A stretch of 32,000 nt of DNA from Promethearchaeota archaeon (GTDB lineage Archaea > Asgardarchaeota > Lokiarchaeia > Sigyniarchaeales > SOKP01), in contig JAUWGH010000004.1 in NCBI GenBank assembly GCA_030606485.1, positions 297,392 through 329,391 on the forward strand, written 5' to 3'. Each line of letters starts with the position of its first letter. Within the stretch, counting starts at the first letter, position 1. The notes beneath the pieces were generated by a model. The model was not told the DNA's origin and did not search any database. It was given only the letters and a program-made list of their open reading frames with translations. Shown here in pieces: positions 25,701 to 30,144 of this stretch. The position numbers were made by a program, and so were the translations under genes.

Positions 25701-27125
25701 TCCTTCACCTAAATTTGGATTATTTTCCGTTGAATCCTCAAAAATAATAGTTATTCCCTCTTGAGGGGTTCCGTCTGAAAAAAGTTCTGCAATAATTTCA
25801 ACTGAATCCCCGCGAATTACGGGAGTAGTTGTATTAGTATAAACATTTAATTCCATTTCTTCAAAAGTTAAGGGATTTCCTCCTCCAAAGCTTTCAAATA
25901 AAACATCCATTTCAGTCCAGACACCAGATCCATCAACAGCTAATGGAACATAAATTTCTGACCATGAATAAAGATTTAACCTTCTAATTATCGAATAGTT
26001 TTTATCTTCTTGAGCATTATAATGTTCGCTCGGATAGATAGGGAATTTTCGAGAATTGAAACCATCAACATATCGACTTGCAATTCCAAACGCACGAGCA
26101 AATGCTGTAAAAGTTGCAGCAAAATCAGAGAAAATTCCAGATTGTTCACCACAAAACCATTCAACTACGTCTTGTCCATGAGCGGGGCGATTATAAGGAG
26201 GAAGGACATCAATATCAAAATTTTCTTGCAAATAATTTCTAATTTTATTAGCTTTTACATATGCATTATCTGTAGAATTAATAATTGCATCTAATGCATC
26301 ATAATGGCTTTTAAAATTTGGATTATTTAAGATATATCCTGGTATGCCTCCTGGGTCTGGTAATTGATAATATTGATCTTTTATCGCATTAGGAGTATAA
26401 GTTTCCATAACAGCGGAAGTATTTAATTCAGTTGGACTCATAACGGATTCGCTAAATAAATCATATGTAAGATTACAAGAATATGCTTCATCAAAAGAAA
26501 AGCTCATTGATGCTACATTGAAAATATCTTTATATAATAGAAGAGAACTTTCATCAAATTCAGGTGACCATGGATCTACCCATGAATGCTCCCACGGATG
26601 ATCCATAATGTAAGGTGTAGGGAATAAGGCGGGAATTACCAATGAATTTTCTCCTGCTGTTGCATCAATTGGATATTTTATTCTTATTATATCTCTATCT
26701 GAATAGTCATTATTATAATCATGCCAGTAAGTAAATTCTGTTGGGCTTACCCCAGATACTGATTGGGACCAACTCCCATCGTTATTATATTCATCCGCTA
26801 CAGAGAATTTCCATAGCCAAGATTCATCAAAAGGATCATAATCTTCAATATAAAAAACTGCTTCTCCAGCGTGTTCTAGGAGGTCATCATAATCGAGAAG
26901 ATCCGTCAAATTAAACATATCAAATGCAATATCGAATAATTCTGCCTCTTCTTCTGGTGCATTTGCTAATTCATCTGATGGAGTTGTTCTTATACCGAAT
27001 ATTAGCCCAAATAAAGCTATAGAGCCCAAATATAGCCCAAAGAGTAAGATAGCTATTAATATTATTGAAATAGCTTGCTTTATTGTATTTCCTTCAGTAA
27101 TAAGCTCCTTTCTTCTCTCAGACAT
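22710..27125 (-). CDS. Giant TM-anchored surface protein with transglutaminase-like core (catalytic Cys/His apparently substituted) and four tandem two-domain beta modules
   Basis: 4416-nt ORF starting at ATG, with an N-terminal TM helix (AISIILIAILLFGLYLGSIALFGLIFGI). The transglutaminase-core-like segment reads WFCGEQSGIFSDFAATFTAFARAFGIASRYVDGF ... LYSWSEIYVP ... GVWTEMD. The rest consists of repeated modules with recurring AGPH[LK][IV] and [IV]R[IV]DFNG motifs and many N-x-S/T sequons. Confidence 0.8.
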   Translation of the reverse strand: MSERRKELITEGNTIKQAISIILIAILLFGLYLGSIALFGLIFGIRTTPSDELANAPEEEAELFDIAFDMFNLTDLLDYDDLLEHAGEAVFYIEDYDPFDESWLWKFSVADEYNNDGSWSQSVSGVSPTEFTYWHDYNNDYSDRDIIRIKYPIDATAGENSLVIPALFPTPYIMDHPWEHSWVDPWSPEFDESSLLLYKDIFNVASMSFSFDEAYSCNLTYDLFSESVMSPTELNTSAVMETYTPNAIKDQYYQLPDPGGIPGYILNNPNFKSHYDALDAIINSTDNAYVKANKIRNYLQENFDIDVLPPYNRPAHGQDVVEWFCGEQSGIFSDFAATFTAFARAFGIASRYVDGFNSRKFPIYPSEHYNAQEDKNYSIIRRLNLYSWSEIYVPLAVDGSGVWTEMDVLFESFGGGNPLTFEEMELNVYTNTTTPVIRGDSVEIIAELFSDGTPQEGITIIFEDSTENNPNLGEGITNNDGKCSIIVDINDQTVAGPHLIQASTGFTINYTIYFLNAPIEVNLTDVDPTIIDKTVSSNTRIMGVLFDPLNGKGVSNGEVEFILLDSSNNKISLAFTPDSELTDNDGDYNIIVYVNDHVVSGTYGIRVDFNGSFQIGFLSGVFSQFYSYPQLSDSSSEISVQIINPDAIFLDLFINGYPSDDFSNPRVKRNTSVELRVVLYSLSGGPLQGRTINLYDITEDPLGPPIHTEDTNFNGEIFFNYNLDYDKIAGPHLIYAQCGSQENYSYFILDDNVRIDLNPPRPVPNIINRIDVGDYTFNIKGSILDDTNNNPIKYAQVSVRLFKNLVDYSSYLQPPYPILFDCGEYGSFDLNFNVDDNILPGNYSIRIDFNGIFDYLSQDYPYLFNLPYINTSTSTVMDLKIEAPDIQILDFWINGTSTSEYEQPIVKRTQELNLKINLQGGSGPLEGELVRFFDETNNSEIGVKTTDENGCANITYYLNAGDLLAGPHLVYAEWELGSLKNYSYFIIYEAIRIEINPPKPVPNIINRSGSIDTAFNIKGTIVDDLYNRPIKYAEITVNLIKNNNKFNTQLIPIYPSTNPYYCGADGTFDLNFDVSNTIPAGNYSLRIDFNGTFYYLNQDNDFPHNFFLTYINTSTSTIMDLKIKDPYSISIALWIDGNEALPTYDNNYPPQSFNRNDNVNFTVKVMCGENPEQYGDVFLYDVYENRLLNSGQTDEDGYIEFISNINESWVVGPHKIKVLYQLDGYDFLNYTFIILNGSKNVEISVVKNDVVIRNIDWINVSGSVKDTYNNIKMKQVEVTIKLFNNSNDYSDYLIFQAGYYPSMIISQNTNWDYMFIFKVNISIPYGKYDIRVDFNGTIIDHPDPFCSINLNDYMISNSSMPKVLNVSAGTNIIDGYYDSYFEDYFGEGEIITIHGNLTWDNGIAMVGYDVNMTLEDSQGYVYAEISYTTLVGGEFWGYITIQSGWDLADRVFATYYGDNFILEFRIRLPWV
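23020..25870 (-). repeat. Intragenic tandem repeat: four ~236-248-aa (708-744-nt) two-domain modules inside the 1471-aa CDS
   Basis: Equivalent anchor residues fall at aa 522 (nt 25560-25562, IEVNLTDVDPTIIDK), aa 758 (24852-24854, IDLNPPRPVPNIINR), aa 996 (24138-24140, IEINPPKPVPNIINR) and aa 1244 (23394-23396, VEISVVKNDVVIRN). Units 2 and 3 are also recognisably similar at the DNA level, for example ttaataatattaggaaccggtcttggtggatt versus ttaataatatttggaacaggctttggtggatt. Confidence 0.85.
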
Positions 27126-27146
27126 ATATTTGTATTCTCATAAAGA

Positions 27147-27159
27147 TTATTATATATTT
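27147..27159 (-). promoter_or_regulatory. Candidate TATA-like box for the 12-kb minus-strand operon (spacing would imply a leaderless or near-leaderless mRNA)
   Basis: The minus strand reads aaatatataataa, centred ~28 nt upstream of the ATG at 27125. Archaeal TATA boxes sit ~26-27 nt upstream of the transcription start. The background is so AT-rich that this is weak evidence. Confidence 0.2.
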
Positions 27160-27356
27160 GTAATAACATAAAAATAAAAATAGAAATATATAATTTAGCT
27201 GTATTTCTAGAAATGTAGAACATTCAAATTTTTTTATTTGCTGATTAGATATTAAAATTTAACAAGAATATTTACAAAATCAGAAAAACAACTAGAAGAA
27301 ATTAGAAAAAAAGAGATAAAATATATTATTCGAATAAAAAGAATTTAGATAAACCT

Positions 27357-28238
27357 TTAAAATTCATAGCCACATTTGGTGCATATATTTTTCTTTGCGT
27401 AAATTGGTTTAGGAATGTAGGACACTATTTTGGTTTTGTCTTCAACCTCTTTAATCGCAGTAGAGCCACAATTAGGGCAAACTCTTCTTATTCCAGTACC
27501 TAATCCAATTGCGGGAGATATTATTGGTTCAGTTGAAGGCATTGAGGGTGTCGGTTCAGTTGAAGGTATTGAGGGTGTTGGTGCTGGTGTTGGCATAGTA
27601 GGTTGTTGGCTAAAAGGATAAGGACTTGTAGAAGCAAGTGTAGAAGGCATTACAGGTTTTGGCTCTTTTAATTCTTCAATTCTTTTATTTTTTGCTGAAA
27701 TTTCTTGGGTTAATTCATTTACTTTTGCTTGTATTGGACCAATTTGTTGTTTTAATTGAACATTTTCAGCCGAAAAGTAACGTGCTTGAGTTTGTGCTTC
27801 TGCTAATTGTGTTTGTAGTTGTTGAATATGTGAATTGAGTTGATTTACCTGATTTTTATGGACTTCCATCGATTGCTGGAGAGTAGCAAGTTGTTGGTTT
27901 AGTTGATTAATTTGAGCATCCTTTTGAGTTGCAATATTTTGTAATTCATTAATTTGATTATTTTTATTTTGCAGTTCGGTCTCTAACTGGTTAATTTGCC
28001 TATTCAAATCTTGTACTTGAGTTTGAATTTGACCTATATCTACTGAAGATATTTGGGTGGATGGCAATGGTGGTTGTGGCGCTGGAGGGGGAGAAGGTGT
28101 TTGTACTGGGGGAGGAATCGGTGGACTTATCGGAGGCGGGATTTGAGTAGGGGCTGGTGGTGGAGGTGTGTATGGAGGTGCTCCTAAAGGTTTTTTTTCC
28201 TCTTCTTCTTCTTTTTCAGGATCACGTTCATCTGACAT
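27357..28238 (-). CDS. Proline-rich / Q,N-rich coiled-coil / C-terminal zinc-ribbon protein, unknown family
   Basis: 293-aa ATG-started ORF. An acidic N-terminus is followed by polyproline tracts (PPYTPPPPAPTQIPPPISPPIPPPVQTPSPPPAPQPPLP). A ~130-aa heptad-like Q/N/L-rich segment follows (QDLNRQINQLETELQNKNNQINELQN...), then a P/T/S-rich linker. The C-terminus has CPNCG (about nt 27425-27490) and CTKCG (27360-27383). Confidence 0.75.
   Translation of the reverse strand: MSDERDPEKEEEEEKKPLGAPPYTPPPPAPTQIPPPISPPIPPPVQTPSPPPAPQPPLPSTQISSVDIGQIQTQVQDLNRQINQLETELQNKNNQINELQNIATQKDAQINQLNQQLATLQQSMEVHKNQVNQLNSHIQQLQTQLAEAQTQARYFSAENVQLKQQIGPIQAKVNELTQEISAKNKRIEELKEPKPVMPSTLASTSPYPFSQQPTMPTPAPTPSIPSTEPTPSMPSTEPIISPAIGLGTGIRRVCPNCGSTAIKEVEDKTKIVSYIPKPIYAKKNICTKCGYEF
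27526..27579 (-). repeat. 27-nt tandem duplication (2 copies, 2 mismatches) encoding PTPS[I/M]PSTE
   Basis: On the plus strand, ggttcagttgaaggcattgagggtgtc (27526-27552) is followed directly by ggttcagttgaaggtattgagggtgtt (27553-27579). It is in frame within the P/T/S-rich linker of the 293-aa protein. Confidence 0.9.
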
Positions 28239-28379
28239 TTTAAATCATTTAAATTATTTTAAAATAATTCTCTAAGTAAAAAATAGATAGACATTTAAAT
28301 TTATATATTTATAGGTCGCTTAAAAAAAATTTAATGTATAGAGAAAAAAAAATTTAAAAAATTTTTTAGATTAAAATGA

Positions 28380-29465
28380 TTAAAAACAATTCCAATATTC
28401 TGATAAGTTATTCTTGATTTGTTTGATAAGTCTTTCCTGGGTATATTCAAGTATTTTTTCATCAGATTTTCTTTCATCTTCGGAAATTAAATCAGTTTCA
28501 CTGTTTAGAACTTTTAATACATTATATATTGCTTGAGCCTGTTTATCTAATTCATATCCTCCTTCTAAAGTAATTAAGATTTTTCCATTGGCATAATCAT
28601 CAGCTAGTGATTTAATCAGTTTTGTAAGATTTGCTGGCCCTTGGATTGTCCAGCCCATTCTTGTCAGGAGGTCGGTATGATGAGTATCAAAACCAGCAGA
28701 GATTAGGATAAATTCTGGTTTAAATTCATTTGTTATTGGAATTGCTATTTCTTTATACAACAATTGAATTATATCATCACCAGAGGAAGGAGCCATAGGG
28801 AAATTGATTATATGGCCCTCTCCCTTTCCTGAGCCAATTTCATTAGTAAATCCGGTTCCAGGATAGAGAGTTCGTCCATCTTGATGAGAACTGAAAAAAA
28901 GTAATTGTCCATTTTCTGAGCCATCATAAAATATGTCTTGGGTTCCGTTTCCATGGTGGCAATCCCAATCGAAGATTGCAACTTTTTTTACATTTTTTTC
29001 TCTAAAGAGATATTCCGCAGCGATTGCAATATTATTAAAAATACAAAAACCTGCGCATTTATATTTATTGGAATGATGCCCAGGTGGTCTAACAAGACCA
29101 AAAGCGCTACTAATTTCTCCCTTTAATATTTTATCAATACCAGTTAAATTTCCCCCAACTGAATATAAAGAAGATTCAAAAGTATCTCCAGAAACAACGG
29201 TGTCCATATCGATATTTTTTAAACTCTCTGTTTTTGCTGCTAAATCACTTAGTTCCTTAATTTGCTCAATTAGCCTCTCCGAGTGAACATATTTTATCTG
29301 ATCAATGGTTGCCTTGCGGGGTTTAATAACTGGAAATTCTTTAGAGTTCCAAATACCCTTTTCCTCTAAAAATTTTTTCGCTACAATAAGTCTTTTTGGC
29401 GTCTCTACATGGACTCCTACTTCATGTTTTAAATAAATCTCGTCATAAATTAATCCAACTGGCAT
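28380..29465 (-). CDS. Histone deacetylase-family (class II HDAC / AcuC / acetylpolyamine amidohydrolase-like) zinc deacetylase
   Basis: Motifs VRPPGHHS, FDWDCHHGNGTQDIF, SAGFDTHHTD and LEGGY (catalytic Tyr retained) are present, in a 361-aa protein. Confidence 0.9.
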   Translation of the reverse strand: MPVGLIYDEIYLKHEVGVHVETPKRLIVAKKFLEEKGIWNSKEFPVIKPRKATIDQIKYVHSERLIEQIKELSDLAAKTESLKNIDMDTVVSGDTFESSLYSVGGNLTGIDKILKGEISSAFGLVRPPGHHSNKYKCAGFCIFNNIAIAAEYLFREKNVKKVAIFDWDCHHGNGTQDIFYDGSENGQLLFFSSHQDGRTLYPGTGFTNEIGSGKGEGHIINFPMAPSSGDDIIQLLYKEIAIPITNEFKPEFILISAGFDTHHTDLLTRMGWTIQGPANLTKLIKSLADDYANGKILITLEGGYELDKQAQAIYNVLKVLNSETDLISEDERKSDEKILEYTQERLIKQIKNNLSEYWNCF

Positions 29466-29621
29466 TTTTAAAACCTTTCAATCATTAGATGGTTTTCATT
29501 TAATTGAATATAAATAATTTCTGAAGGTTAAAAAGATTTGGGGATAATTTTGGATTAATTCTTTTTAGGTATTGACTTAAAGAAAAGTATTAAAACACAA
29601 ACTAATTTAATATTTACAAAG

Positions 29622-30143
29622 ATGAGTGATATTCAAGTGTTTAAATTTAAGTTTGTTATAATTGGTGAAAACGCTGTAGGAAAGACATCTTTAGCGAGAT
29701 CTTTTGTATCTAAGCAATTTGCTACGGATTATAAACCGACAATTGGCAGTAATATCTTTATGCATAATGTTTCTTTATCAGATAATCTTAATGTCTCAGT
29801 TGCTTTATTTGATATTGCTGGTCAAGAGAAGTGGGCAATGATGAGGCATATTTATTATGAAGGAGCTCAAGCAGCTTTTTTAGTTGGGGATGTAACAAGA
29901 GATCGTTCTTTCGATGAGTTAGCAAATTTTTGGTATCCAGATTTTATAAAATTCTGTGAGAAAAAGCCAACAATCTTACTTGCAAATAAGAGTGATTTAG
30001 AATCAAAAACGGATAAGAAGAAAATTGAAGAAGCGGCAAAAAAAATAGGAGCTATAGATATTGTTTATACTTCTGCAAAAACGGGAGAAAATTGTGATGA
30101 TGCGTTAAAAAAGCTCGTATTATATTGTATGAATCAAATTTAA
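29622..30143 (+). CDS. Ras-superfamily small GTPase, Rab/Ras-like
   Basis: All five G motifs are present: G1 GENAVGKTS, G2 YKPTIG, G3 DIAGQE, G4 NKSD and G5 TSAK. The protein is 173 aa with no C-terminal CAAX/CC prenylation motif (it ends YCMNQI). Confidence 0.9.
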   Translation: MSDIQVFKFKFVIIGENAVGKTSLARSFVSKQFATDYKPTIGSNIFMHNVSLSDNLNVSVALFDIAGQEKWAMMRHIYYEGAQAAFLVGDVTRDRSFDELANFWYPDFIKFCEKKPTILLANKSDLESKTDKKKIEEAAKKIGAIDIVYTSAKTGENCDDALKKLVLYCMNQI

Positions 30144-30144
30144 C

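Noticed and set aside
25399-26294. Two plus-strand ORFs (63 and 94 aa) inside the 1471-aa gene
   Set aside because: They are antisense to the 4.4-kb ORF. The second overlaps the conserved transglutaminase-like core on the other strand.
27430-27621. 63-aa plus-strand G/V/E-rich ORF
   Set aside because: It is the mirror image of the P/T/S-rich linker and 27-nt duplication of the 293-aa minus-strand gene, and it has no independent support.
28938-29126. 62-aa plus-strand ORF inside the HDAC-family gene
   Set aside because: It is antisense to the catalytic-motif region of a confidently assigned CDS.
30126-30143. Possible prenylation (CAAX) signal at the GTPase C-terminus (YCMNQI)
   Set aside because: The Cys is five residues from the end, so neither CAAX nor CC/CXC geometry is satisfied.
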